From the NCBI GenBank assembly GCA_964537405.1, contig CAZIBS010000002.1:1-61287 (forward strand): a stretch of 61,287 nucleotides of DNA, in the 5' to 3' direction. The translations under genes and the position numbers were made by a program. Below, piece after piece: positions 9,293-19,000 of this stretch; within the stretch, counting starts at the first letter, position 1; the number at the start of each line of letters is the position of its first letter. A model generated the notes under the pieces. The model searched no databases, was not told the DNA's origin, and saw only the letters and a list, made by a program, of their open reading frames with translations. This stretch comes from an uncultured Thermoanaerobaculia bacterium (GTDB taxonomy: Bacteria; Acidobacteriota; UBA4820; DSQY01).

Positions 9293-9514
9293 TCCGTCTC
9301 AGCCCGCCTGAACCGGGGTTCCCGTTGTTGCAACAACGAAGATTCGTCCATTGTAGCGGGTAGATCGCTCCATCATGTCATGCCGGTGTCTATCCGGAAA
9401 CCCGCATGAGAACAAGCGAAGTTGCCGAGCGAGCTTCAAACTTAAGCAACAATGATTTAAGCGTCTGTTTCAGGAAGCGCTTCGTTTTTCTTTTACCAAA
9501 AAGCAGGCGACCGG

Positions 9515-9979
9515 TTACTCCCTGAAGCGCCGGATAGCCCTCTCGGCCAGGTTGGCCAACTCTTCGTTGGTCCCACGGGCGGCGGAACGGAGTGTTTTTA
9601 TTGCCTGGACTCCTCCGATTCTGCCCAGGCTTCGTACGGCGTTTTTCCTGACAACGTAGGACGGATCGTTCATCACCTCAACGAGGTACGGAACCGCATC
9701 CTTCGCTTTCAAGAGCCCAAGGCCCTTTGCCGCACTCTTCCTGACGAACTCTTCGTCGTCCTTCAGGGCTTCTATGAGACGAGGGACGGCTTCGACCGAA
9801 CCAAGTTCCGCCAACGCAAAGGTGGCGTTGTTTCTGACACCCATATTCTGATCGCTCAAGGCGTCGAGCAGCGCTTCCTGCGCCCTCGGATCCTTCAACT
9901 TGCCCAGTTCCGCCGCCGCTCTCGCGCGTCCAAGCCCCGTCCCGCTTTTCAGTTCTTCTATAAGTTGCTCACATCTCAT
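9515..9979 (-). CDS. HEAT-repeat (PBS-lyase-type) protein
   Basis: Repeated ...A...LG.L.D..A...L...L.D....VR..A..AL motifs. The ATG at 9979 follows GGAGG. The ORF is open to a GTG at 10006, so the start is uncertain. Confidence 0.75.
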   Translation of the reverse strand: MRCEQLIEELKSGTGLGRARAAAELGKLKDPRAQEALLDALSDQNMGVRNNATFALAELGSVEAVPRLIEALKDDEEFVRKSAAKGLGLLKAKDAVPYLVEVMNDPSYVVRKNAVRSLGRIGGVQAIKTLRSAARGTNEELANLAERAIRRFRE

Positions 9980-10018
9980 TCCCGAACCTCCGAAGCCCAT
10001 TTCCACCTTCCACCGAAA

Positions 10019-10945
10019 TTATACCCCAGCCGCAGGCGTTTGCACACCCGCACGCAAGAAGAGCGCAAATCCCTCCGGAGGCTCGCAGCACACCTCGACG
10101 CGGTCGCCGCTCTCGGGGTGTTTCATCGCGATCTTCCACGCGTGGAGAAGATAGCCGCACTCACCGGGAAGGGCTATGGTTGGCAGTAAACCACCGCCCT
10201 TTGCGTAGAGTCGGTCTCCAATGAGCGGGTGTCCGCACGCCGCCATGTGTATTCTTATCTGGTGCGGCCGTCCCGTTTCTATGGACACCTCGACAAGACT
10301 CGCGCCCTCTCTTCTTTCGATTACGCGGACCCGGCTCAGGGCCGCCTTTCCCCCGGGATTCGCTGCGTGGACCGACCCTAAAAGGGGGTGGGCTACAGGA
10401 CCGATGGAAACTTCAACGGTGAAGTAGTCTTCACGGGGTTCGCCCTCCACAACACCAAGGTAGAGCTTTTCGACCCTGCGCTTCCTAAATGCCTCTGCGA
10501 GGGCTCTCCCGGCCTTAGGGGTTCTGGCGAAGAGAACCACGCCCGAGGTCGCCCGGCCCAGGCGGTGAACGGGCGAAACACCGGGAAAACGCCTGCGCAC
10601 CAGCGCTAGGAGGGTATGTTCGAGGTAGCCGCCGCCCGGGAGCGTGGGTAGGCCGGAGGGCTTTGCCACTGCCAGCAGCGCGTCGTCTTCGTGGAGAACC
10701 TGGAAGCAGAGTGGAACGGCCGCCTCTTCCCACGGAGGCCTCAGCCAGGCAACCTCCAACCCACACTTCAGCCTCTCGCCCGGTCGGGCTTCTCTTCCAT
10801 CCACGAGGACGCGTCCTTCCTCTATCCTATCCCGCCATTCCCCCTCTGAAGAATGGCGGTAACGTCCCGCGAGATAACCCGGGAGCGTCAAACCTTCGTC
10901 CCGGCGACCTATAATTTCGCGATAGGTATAACCCTTGTTCACCAC
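10019..10945 (-). CDS. RluA-family pseudouridine synthase homolog with S4-like N-terminus; catalytic Asp replaced by Gly
   Basis: Family motifs HRLxRxTSG (here HRLGRATSG) and GRPHQIRIHMA..GHPLIGD are present. The motif normally reads HRLD. The Gly codon GGC lies at 10556-10558 on the reverse strand. Confidence 0.85.
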   Translation of the reverse strand: MVNKGYTYREIIGRRDEGLTLPGYLAGRYRHSSEGEWRDRIEEGRVLVDGREARPGERLKCGLEVAWLRPPWEEAAVPLCFQVLHEDDALLAVAKPSGLPTLPGGGYLEHTLLALVRRRFPGVSPVHRLGRATSGVVLFARTPKAGRALAEAFRKRRVEKLYLGVVEGEPREDYFTVEVSIGPVAHPLLGSVHAANPGGKAALSRVRVIERREGASLVEVSIETGRPHQIRIHMAACGHPLIGDRLYAKGGGLLPTIALPGECGYLLHAWKIAMKHPESGDRVEVCCEPPEGFALFLRAGVQTPAAGV

Positions 10946-11261
10946 GCACCGTCCATCGAAACGAAGGGAAGGTTACGAAGACAGGAACCCTCGTACCCAA
11001 CCCCGGGCTTTTCTCCCGGGGAAAGGGGGCGGTAGATTGTGTGGGGCGTTGTTGCCTTGTACAATCCACCCTCCGGGTAGATTTTACGCACACTCCTGCG
11101 CCGACGCCTTCAACTCATATTGTCGCACAAATCCCGGTCCGGGTGGTGGATCTAAGTTCAGGCCCCCCCCGGCTTTTCAGGAGGCGCCGGTTGTGTCATG
11201 ATGTCGATCCGGGTAGTTAGGTTAAGACGACGCGCGCGGCGTCCTTTTGTAGGAGTCAGGA

Positions 11262-12707
11262 ATGCTCAATCTGGAACCGAAAAAGGTATGGGATTACTTT
11301 GAAGAACTGAGCGCCATTCCAAGGCCTTCCAAACACGAGGAGGCCGCCGGCGATTTCGCAGTCCGCGTGGCCAAGGACCACGGCCTTGATTGGAAAAGAG
11401 ACGCTGTCGGTAATGTTGTCGTCTTGCTTCCGGCGACGAAGGGCCGCGAAAAAGCGGCTACGACCATACTCCAGAGCCATATCGACATGGTCTGCGAGAA
11501 GAACGCGGGAATTCATCACGACTTCATGAATGATCCGATTAAGTTGCTGGTTAAGGGAAACATCATTACGGCCGACGGAACCACGCTTGGTGCGGACAAC
11601 GGCATCGGGGTCGCCATGAGCCTGGCGCTGCTCGATGAAAACAAGGCCGTCCACGGACCGCTCGAACTGCTCTTCACCGTAGACGAAGAAACGGGCATGA
11701 ACGGTGCCCTCGGCCTTAAGCCTGGGTTCCTTAAGGGCCGCCGCATGCTGAACCTCGATACCGAGGAGGATGGCGAACTCTACGTGGGATGCGCCGGAGG
11801 AATTGATACAACGATGTTTCTGCCCGTCGAAAGGGTCAAGCGGAACGACGCGAGAGACGCCTATAAGCTTGCGGTAACCGGTTTGAGGGGCGGCCACTCC
11901 GGTTGCGACATCCAGGAAGGACGCGGCAACGCAAACCGCATTCTCGCCAGGTTCCTACAGGCACTGGATGCGAAGGGAATTCCCTACGGGTTGTCCAGAG
12001 TTTCCGGCGGTTCCAAGCGCAACGCCATAGCGAGGGAAGCCTTCGCCACCCTGCACTTGGACGACAACACCGTAAGAAGGGCGCGGGGTACCGCTAAAAC
12101 ACTCCAAACCACCCTCCGTGAGGAACTAAAGGGGACGGACGACGGAGTATCATTGAAGCTCTCCAAGTCCACGGCTACCATTAACCCCCTCAAGGAGACC
12201 AGCCGCAGGAAGCTCGTAACCCTCCTCGGCGCCGTACCGCACGGACTGATATCTTACAGCCGGGAGATGCCCGGTCTCGTCGAGACCTCCACAAACTTCG
12301 CCATCATCGACAGCCGCCCGGCCAAGGTGGAAATAGCCACCTCCCAGCGTTCCAGCGTGGATTCCCAACTTGATTGGGCCGCGCAGTGGGTCGCTGACAT
12401 CGGGCTGCTGGCGGGTGCCAAGATCGTCCAGTCCGACGGTTACCCCGGCTGGAAGCCCAACCTCAAGTCCAAGATCCTGAAAGCCGCCCAGTCCACCTAC
12501 AAGCGCCTCTTTAACGTAGAGCCGGAACCCAAGGCCATTCACGCCGGCCTCGAGTGCGGTCTCATCGGCGCCAAGTTTCAGGGTATGGACATGGTTTCCA
12601 TGGGCCCGGAGATCCGCAACGTGCACTCACCCGACGAAGAGGTCCACGTTGATTCGGTTAAGAAGACCTACAAGTACCTCCTGGCCTTGCTGCAGGACAT
12701 CTCCTGA
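11262..12707 (+). CDS. pepD: aminoacyl-histidine dipeptidase (M20C, PepD-type)
   Basis: 481 aa. The N-terminus LEPKKVWDYFEELSAIPRPSKHEE and the HIDMV, DNGIGVA and EETGMNGA metal-site motifs are typical of PepD. Confidence 0.9.
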   Translation: MLNLEPKKVWDYFEELSAIPRPSKHEEAAGDFAVRVAKDHGLDWKRDAVGNVVVLLPATKGREKAATTILQSHIDMVCEKNAGIHHDFMNDPIKLLVKGNIITADGTTLGADNGIGVAMSLALLDENKAVHGPLELLFTVDEETGMNGALGLKPGFLKGRRMLNLDTEEDGELYVGCAGGIDTTMFLPVERVKRNDARDAYKLAVTGLRGGHSGCDIQEGRGNANRILARFLQALDAKGIPYGLSRVSGGSKRNAIAREAFATLHLDDNTVRRARGTAKTLQTTLREELKGTDDGVSLKLSKSTATINPLKETSRRKLVTLLGAVPHGLISYSREMPGLVETSTNFAIIDSRPAKVEIATSQRSSVDSQLDWAAQWVADIGLLAGAKIVQSDGYPGWKPNLKSKILKAAQSTYKRLFNVEPEPKAIHAGLECGLIGAKFQGMDMVSMGPEIRNVHSPDEEVHVDSVKKTYKYLLALLQDIS

Positions 12708-12733
12708 AGCCGCGTTTTCGAGGGCAGGAAAAA

Positions 12734-12759
12734 GAGGCGGGGGCACCCGCCTTTTTTTC
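12734..12759 (+). terminator. rho-independent terminator after pepD
   Basis: GGCGGG-GGCA-CCCGCC stem-loop followed by TTTTTTT, 27 nt after the pepD stop. Confidence 0.6.
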
Positions 12760-12765
12760 TTGCCA

Positions 12766-12946
12766 AAATTCCGGGATTGAAACGTCCGGGGCTTCGAATC
12801 GCCGGCGCTTCTGCTTTGTCAGCCTTTGGCCTCCGGCTCCTCCATGTACGCAGGTACTATTCCGTAGCGGAGGCCCCGGCTTTCGCGCCGGGCGGCCCAA
12901 TCCGCGCGGAACGCGCCTTTCTCCCTCCCTTCGGTCGGGCGGCAGG
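12766..12946 (+). repeat. member of the dispersed intergenic element family (about 181 nt) in an ORF-free convergent gap
   Basis: It starts with AAAATTCCGGGATTGAAACGTCC. It contains GGAACGCGCC (compare GGAACGCGCGCC at 2436-2447) and ends with CCTTCGGTCGGGCGGCAGG, which is related to the CCTCGGTTAGGCGGTGG end motif. It is rich in GC stems, including two hairpins with a CGAAG loop on the reverse strand just downstream. Confidence 0.4.
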
Positions 12947-13092
12947 CCGGGTACTGATAACCTGACTTACCGGGCTTCGCCCGGAAGGCGCACTTCGTGC
13001 GCAAGCCCTTGGCAGTGTACAATGAAACTTTCGCCATCTTCAGGGTTGGCTGTCATTACATATTTGACTTAGAAGTCGAATTAGCCCCGCGG

Positions 13093-13896
13093 TTACTGCC
13101 TTATGTGAACCCAATCGCTTTCGATCTTATCGAGGAACTCCGCCTGGTGGCTGCCCAAGCGCGGCAACCAGTAGGCGTAGTAGTTCTGGAAGTTGGGATC
13201 GGCCATCTTCTTGAGGAAGATGACGAAGTACTTGTAGGCGCCCTGCGGATCGCCCCTGTGCATTCTTATCTGCGCCAGGTAAAACCAGGCGTCCCGCATG
13301 GAAAAAGGGGTGTCGCCAAGCGAGAGCCCCATCTCCTTGCTCCCTTTGACGGCTTCAATAAAGAGTGGTTCGGCCTTCGCATACTTTCCCTGGTCGTAGA
13401 GATAACGCGCCTCCAGGTAGTTTGCCGTTTGCAAGGCGTCGACGCACTTACTCCGCCGCAGCCAGTTGATCCAGGCCATGCCGGGCTTGAACTTTCTCAG
13501 CAGGCGGTACATGGTTACTTCGCCTATGACCGCGGTTGCGGGTTTCTCCGCACGAATCCTGGCCGCGTCATAATACCTGAGAGCCTCCAGGTAGTTTTCG
13601 TCGTCCCAGTAGCTGCGGGCTATTTCGAGCGGCGCTTCGGAAGACCCGGGTTTGTAGGCCCACGCCTTAAAAAGATAGAAACGCCTGGCCGCTGCGCTCG
13701 AAACAATCTTCTTGGGAAGGCGCTCGCAGCAGAAGAGCCCGCGCTTCATCACCTTGATGGAATGAGCGTCGGTGATGCGGACCGCGCACTCCATCTCCTT
13801 CTTGTACTTGGTGTTCCTGGAGGAAAAGGCGCCACAGCACGAAGCAAACAGCAGAACCCCGCCGAGGACCGGAAATAGCAACCCGATTTTCTTCAC
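13093..13896 (-). CDS. TPR-like lipoprotein, function unknown
   Basis: GTG start at 13896 preceded by AAGGAGG. The N-terminus (M)KKIGLLFPVLGGVLLFASCC looks like a lipoprotein signal. The body has helical TPR-like repeats (YLEALRYYD, YLEARYLYDQGKYAKAEPLF). Confidence 0.7.
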   Translation of the reverse strand: MKKIGLLFPVLGGVLLFASCCGAFSSRNTKYKKEMECAVRITDAHSIKVMKRGLFCCERLPKKIVSSAAARRFYLFKAWAYKPGSSEAPLEIARSYWDDENYLEALRYYDAARIRAEKPATAVIGEVTMYRLLRKFKPGMAWINWLRRSKCVDALQTANYLEARYLYDQGKYAKAEPLFIEAVKGSKEMGLSLGDTPFSMRDAWFYLAQIRMHRGDPQGAYKYFVIFLKKMADPNFQNYYAYWLPRLGSHQAEFLDKIESDWVHIRQ

Positions 13897-13910
13897 GCCC
13901 CACCTCCTTG

Positions 13911-13926
13911 GTTTCCGTCCGGAAAC
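13911..13926. promoter_or_regulatory. palindrome GTTTCC-N4-GGAAAC at the predicted start of the sigma-54 transcript
   Basis: Perfect 6+6 inverted repeat immediately downstream of the -12 element at 13938. The same arrangement occurs at 28423-28438. Confidence 0.5.
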
Positions 13927-13936
13927 GGCCCTTCTC

Positions 13937-13952
13937 AGCAATCTCCGTGCCT
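13937..13952 (-). promoter_or_regulatory. sigma-54 (-24/-12) promoter
   Basis: The reverse strand reads AGGCACGGAGATTGCT, with GGCACG, 4 nt, then TTGC and GG-N10-GC spacing. It lies about 40 nt upstream of the GTG at 13896. Confidence 0.6.
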
Positions 13953-14051
13953 CCCCGTGCGTTGCACCTACCTGCGGGCTTTCTTGTGCAAGGTACAAAC
14001 GCACGTCCCCTCGTAACCCCCTGCTTTCCCTGACCTTGCGAAAAGCTCCTC

Positions 14052-14068
14052 TTTCCCGAATCGGAAAC
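14052..14068. promoter_or_regulatory. palindrome TTTCC-N6-GGAAAC, candidate enhancer (UAS)
   Basis: Centred about 109 nt upstream of the -24 GG of the 13937-13952 promoter. The counterpart at 28554-28570 sits at a similar distance. Confidence 0.4.
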
Positions 14069-14365
14069 TTCGCTTGTCCTCATCCTGATTCCCGGATGAA
14101 CACTCCTTAGGAAGCCAGTATAATCTCCGCGGCTCCTCTCAACAAGAACGTCGCGGAGTCCCGCAGAATGGTGTCGGATTCCGGACAAGCCGGAATGACG
14201 CCTTTTCCCTTATTGCCTCACCGTCTCCCTGTTGCTCCATACGGTTTTGTTTCTTCTCTTGATAACGTCCATCCTTCCCGTTCCGTATTACGACCGGCCT
14301 TTATGCTACTATGGCCCTTGGATTGACCAGCTACCCGGATCAATCCGGTGGTCGGAAGGCGGCAC

Positions 14366-15463
14366 ATGGCTCGGTATGACGTTGTAATAATCGGAGGCGG
14401 TTTCGCCGGCGCCTCCACGGCATGGTGGCTCAGGAAAAACGGGACGCAACGCGTTCTTATCCTCGAACAGGAACTCTTCCCCGGCATGCACGCATCGGGG
14501 AAGAATGCGGGAATGGCGCGGCAGGCCATCGCCCAGCTTCCTACCACCCGTTTGGCATCCCGAAGCGTTTCCTTTATTCGCCGACCTCCTCCGTATTTTT
14601 CCGACACCAGGCTCTTTACACCCAGCGGCGGTTTTCTGCTCTCCCAGCTCCCTAAAGACCCCAGGCTCGAAACCCTGCAACTTAATGCCGGTTCCGCAAG
14701 GCTCTCTCACTCGCCCGTAGAACGGGATGAAGTCCTGGAACGACTTCCATTCCTCGAAGGCGCCCCTTTCAGGAGTGCAATGTTCTGTCCGGGCGACGGA
14801 TTGGTGGACATACACGCGCTGCTCACCGGTTTCCTGGCCGATACCGAAGTCAGGAGCGATACGAAGGTTACGGGTTTTCGTCTTTCCGGCCGCGTCATCA
14901 ACGAAGTTGAAACCAACCGCGGGAGCTTCGCGACCGAATGGGTAGTAAACGCAGGCGGAGCATGGGCCGGGCCGATCGGGAAAATGGCCGGCGCGTCTTT
15001 CATCCCCATGGTTCCCAAACGAAGGCACCTTTTGCATACCGGCCACCTCGACCGGTTTGACCCGAAGATACCCTACGCCTGGTCTATCGATCCCGCCGTC
15101 TACTTCCGTCCCGAGAGCGGCGGTCTGCTCCTCTCGTCCTGCGACGGGATGGACTGGCCTCCGTGCGGACCCCCAAGCGACAATGACGCGGCGGTTTGGC
15201 TCGCGGAAAAACTGGAGCAAACCATGCCAAAACTGGCCGATCTGCCGATCGCCAGGATCTGGGCCGAACTCAGGTGTTTCACTCCCGATGAGAACTTCAT
15301 CATAGGCAGAGACGGGAAGGTGTCCAACTTCTTTTGGACCTGCGGCCTGGGCGGTCACGGCATGACAACATCCTGGGCCGTGGGCGAAATGGCCGCCGAC
15401 CTCATCCTGGGCAGGACGCCGGTCTTTGACCCCGGACCCTTCGACCCCGGCAGGTTTTCCTGA
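14366..15463 (+). CDS. FAD-dependent oxidoreductase (DAO/glycine-oxidase-type family)
   Basis: Dinucleotide-binding motif YDVVIIGGGFAGASTAWWL at the N-terminus. The ATG at 14366 follows GGAAGG. The track's start at 14348 is a GTG. Confidence 0.85.
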   Translation: MARYDVVIIGGGFAGASTAWWLRKNGTQRVLILEQELFPGMHASGKNAGMARQAIAQLPTTRLASRSVSFIRRPPPYFSDTRLFTPSGGFLLSQLPKDPRLETLQLNAGSARLSHSPVERDEVLERLPFLEGAPFRSAMFCPGDGLVDIHALLTGFLADTEVRSDTKVTGFRLSGRVINEVETNRGSFATEWVVNAGGAWAGPIGKMAGASFIPMVPKRRHLLHTGHLDRFDPKIPYAWSIDPAVYFRPESGGLLLSSCDGMDWPPCGPPSDNDAAVWLAEKLEQTMPKLADLPIARIWAELRCFTPDENFIIGRDGKVSNFFWTCGLGGHGMTTSWAVGEMAADLILGRTPVFDPGPFDPGRFS

Positions 15464-15465
15464 AG

Positions 15466-15984
15466 TCAGCCTTCGCGCTTGATTGCGATGCGGCAGAAGT
15501 CCGCACCCCTGCCCATTGATTTTTCGATCTTAGCTTCCCAGCAGGAACCAGGGAGCAGTGCTTCCAGCCAGGAAGACCAAAGGCGTTCGCACGCAACGCA
15601 GGGCGTATCATTTTGCAATCCGGCCTTGGCCGCCCCCTCCTGAGGCAAGCACTTCGTAACATCTATGACGGCTCCTTGTTCCCCGTTTATCTTCCACTCG
15701 CCCTTCAGGCCATCCCCGAGGAAGAGTCGCCCGTAGCCGTCCAGCAAGTGAGCCGCTTCTTCCAGCGATGCGGCCCTATCCACGCCAAGTGCCTTGAGGT
15801 ATTCGCGCATCTCTATGCGGCCGAAGCTTTTCCTGACCTTGGCGTTTATCTCCACCGCCTTCTGAAGGCCGCACGACTCCGCCGTCTTCAAAAACCACTG
15901 GCCGTCCCACGCAAGCATGAGCCGGGCCATGAGGACGGCCGCTTTCGAGGACCCGAGTTCGTAAACCTTTTCATCTTCGCTCAT
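15466..15984 (-). CDS. hypothetical protein with Cys-containing C-terminus (possibly ATC-hydrolase-like)
   Basis: 172-aa ORF convergent with the oxidoreductase. It has protein-like composition and the C-terminal motif TPCVACERLW...GADFCRIAI. The family assignment is only a recollection. Confidence 0.6.
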   Translation of the reverse strand: MSEDEKVYELGSSKAAVLMARLMLAWDGQWFLKTAESCGLQKAVEINAKVRKSFGRIEMREYLKALGVDRAASLEEAAHLLDGYGRLFLGDGLKGEWKINGEQGAVIDVTKCLPQEGAAKAGLQNDTPCVACERLWSSWLEALLPGSCWEAKIEKSMGRGADFCRIAIKREG

Positions 15985-16048
15985 GACGCCCCTCCAAACA
16001 CCTGATTTTACCTTACTACTCCGACGGACAGAGGTTTGCCGGTTTGTC

Positions 16049-19000
16049 TTATCCCCGATCCGGTTCCGGCGCCCGTGGTGGTTTCCCCGAGCGACTCCAG
16101 TGAAGATAGAGGGCGGGGATCAGGTTTGTGCTGAGTAGTGAACTCCAGATCACGCCGCCCAAAATTACCAGGGCGAGTCCCTGCTCCGGCTCCGCACCAA
16201 GCCCCCATCCCAACGCGGTGGGCAACATCCCCAGCACGGCCGCCAGAGTGGTGAGCAGGATCGGCCGGAAGCGGACCGCCACGGCTTCCCGGATGGCGGC
16301 CTCGGGATCCAAACCTCGTGCCTCGTTTCGCCTCGCCCTGTGCAAAAGAACGACGTCGTGGTTAAGACTGATGCCTATGAGCGTCAGCAGGCCCACAAGA
16401 CCGGTTGCGTTGAGACCCACCCCGCTGATTTCCAGGGCCAACGCCCCGCCCGTGAAAGCGAGGGGCATTTCCAGAAGGAGGATGCCCGGCAGGAGCAAGC
16501 CGTCGAATTGGAGAAGAAGGATACCGATTATCAACGCCAGCGCGCCGAGGGCGCCCAACCCAAGGCCCATGGCTGCATCTTCCAGCTTGGAGATGAGGCC
16601 CCCGAAGGCGACTCTATAACCGGGCGGAAGTTTCAAGCCCTTCAGAGCGCTCCTGGCCGCGGTGATCGTGCCGCCGAGCGGTCCCGTGGGTGTAGCCAAT
16701 ATCTGTAGTGCCCTCGCCCCATCAATGTGACGAATCTCATTCGGACCCGACACCAGGCGCAAATCGGCCAGTTCGCCGAGAGGCGTCCATCCTTTGCGGG
16801 TACGGATAAGGAGGCGCCGCATACCTGCTATGCCCATATCCGGCGCCTTCGCCAGGCGGAGATAAATGTCCAGGTGGTAGGTGCCCTGAGGAACACGCGC
16901 CACAACCACACCGCCGAGTGCCGGCCGGACCTGAGCGTAGAGAGAAGCCGGCGTCATCCCGTATATGGCGAGTGCGGCGGGATCGGGCCGTATACGGAGC
17001 TGCGTGATTGGATAGGCATCATTGTTGAAAAGATCCGTGAGTTCGTGGACACGGCGCAGCCGCGCCGTTACCTCCCCGGACAGCCGCCTGAGGGTCGAAA
17101 TCCGGTTGCCGAACAAGGTAACCACGAACGGTTGCGGCAGGCCCGACAAACTCTCACCGAGCCGCTCTATGGTGGGTGTGTCGATGCTCTGTTGCACACC
17201 GTTCATTCGGCTCTCCCTGACCAGGCGCGCGGCGATCCTGCCCAGACTCCGGGCCCTGACGTGAGGCTTGAGTCTCACCTGTATCTCACCAGCGAAATTG
17301 GGTTCGGTGTAGCTCGTCCCCTCCGGCGAACCTATCCGGGCCAGCGTGTGCGCGACGTCGTGATCGGCCCGAAACTTCGCCGTCATTCGTTCAACGGCCA
17401 ACCGGGTTTCACTCAGTGCCGTCCCCGGCGGTAGCGCGAAGCTGTCCAGGAGGACGCCTTCGTTTGGGAGTGGGAGAAAATCGAAGGGTACGAAACCCAG
17501 GATACCCACGCTGAGGAAGAGGAGAGCGGCGGCGGCGGAGAGGCTCCAGCGGGGATATTTGAGGGTAAAATGCAGCAGGCGCTCGTTGAGATGCTGAAGC
17601 CATGTCACAAAGAAAGCCCCCGGGGGAGGTCCTTGTTGCCTGCGGGCGCCCAGAAACCCCAGGAGGAAGGGAATGAACGTCAGCGAGATCACGAGGGAAG
17701 CCAGGAGGGATAGTCCCATGGCCAAGGCAAAGGGGATGAAGAAAAGCCCGACCAGGCCGCCCACAAAAAGAAGCGGCAGGAAGACCGATACGGTGGTCAG
17801 GGTTCCGGTCACATCGGGGGCCGTGATGTCGAGAAGGCCGAGCCGGATGCCTTCGCGTCCCTCGAAACCGAGTTCCCATCGGTGGTAAATGCTTTCCAGG
17901 ACGATGATGCCGTCGTCCGCCAAGAGCCCGACGACCACGGAGAGCGCGCCCAGGGTCAGGAGGTTGAGGCTCTGCCCGGCGACGTAAAGGCCGGCAATGC
18001 CCATCAGCAGGGCCATGGGGATGCTCGCCACCAGTATCCAGACCCCCCGGTGCATCCCCAGCATCCAGAAGAGAAGGAGTACGGCCAGGAGACCTCCGAT
18101 GAGGAGGTTCCGTCCCAGGTCATGTTCGACGAGGCTCACAAGGTGTCCCTGGTTGTAGAACCTCACCCATCGCGTCCCCACGGGCAGTTCATTTTTCAGA
18201 GAACGCAACGTCTTCGAGACCGCGCGCGTCACGGGGAGCGTGGACGCACCGGCGTGCTTGAAAACCAGCATCGCAACGGTCTGCCGGCCGTCCAGCTCTT
18301 CTCTGTAACGAATGGGCCTGGCGGTATAGGTGATCTTTGCCAGGGCACTCAACGGAACAGGGCCCGCGGAGGCCGGAATCATAATGGAGGAGAGCGCGCC
18401 GATACGTACCGGCAGGTTCCGGGCCTGGATCGGGACGTCCTGATACCCCAGCCGCAGGTAACCCGAAGGCCCAAGGAGAACCTGTTTCCTGAGGCAGGCC
18501 TCAAGGACGTCGAGGGAGACCCCGTAATGGCGGAGCGCCGAAAGATCAGGCTGTACCCACAGCGATTCATTCCCGCTGCCGAATACCTCCACCCGTTGGA
18601 CACCGGGAAGGGTACGGATGGCCGGCGCGATCCGGGTCGCCACTGCACGTTCAACCACCATAGGTTTGACACCGGTCGGAATCTCCACCGCGTAGTCCGC
18701 TACTTCGTTGATAGCTGCGCCCATGATCTCGGCGCGCGGCCGAACAGTCGGCGGCAGGCTGCGCTGTGCCCTGTCGATGGCGCCGTAGACGGCCTGGAGA
18801 TCCATCTGGGCATTGCTGCCGTCGCGGAAGCGCGCATCGATCTCGAGCGTATTCTGCCCCATCACGGAGCGGAGGGATGAAAGCTTGGGAAGCGTCAGCA
18901 ACCGGCCTTCGAGCGGGCGGGCCACAAGGTTTTCGATATCCTCAGCCGTTGCACCGGGATAATGAACGATAATGCTTATCTGTGGATAGTCGAAGCGCGG

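Noticed and set aside
9323-9495. 14-nt perfect palindrome GTTGTTGCAACAAC (9323-9336) and a GAAGCGCTTC plus T-run (about 9471-9495) in the PilZ/HEAT convergent gap as terminators
   Set aside because: The stems are short (4-7 bp with minimal loops), and the T-run is interrupted. They could be weak bidirectional terminators, but the evidence is insufficient to annotate them.
11040-11075. TTGTGT-N17-TACAAT promoter-like sequence about 190 nt upstream of pepD
   Set aside because: The -35 is poor and the distance to pepD is long. TGTACAATCC also occurs at the acpP promoter, so it may be real, but I cannot tell which transcript it would serve.
14312-14326. Sigma-54-like TGGCCCTTGGATTGA upstream of the FAD oxidoreductase gene
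   Set aside because: The spacing is right, but the -12 element reads TTGA (GA instead of the conserved GC) and no palindrome or UAS accompanies it. It is too weak to call.
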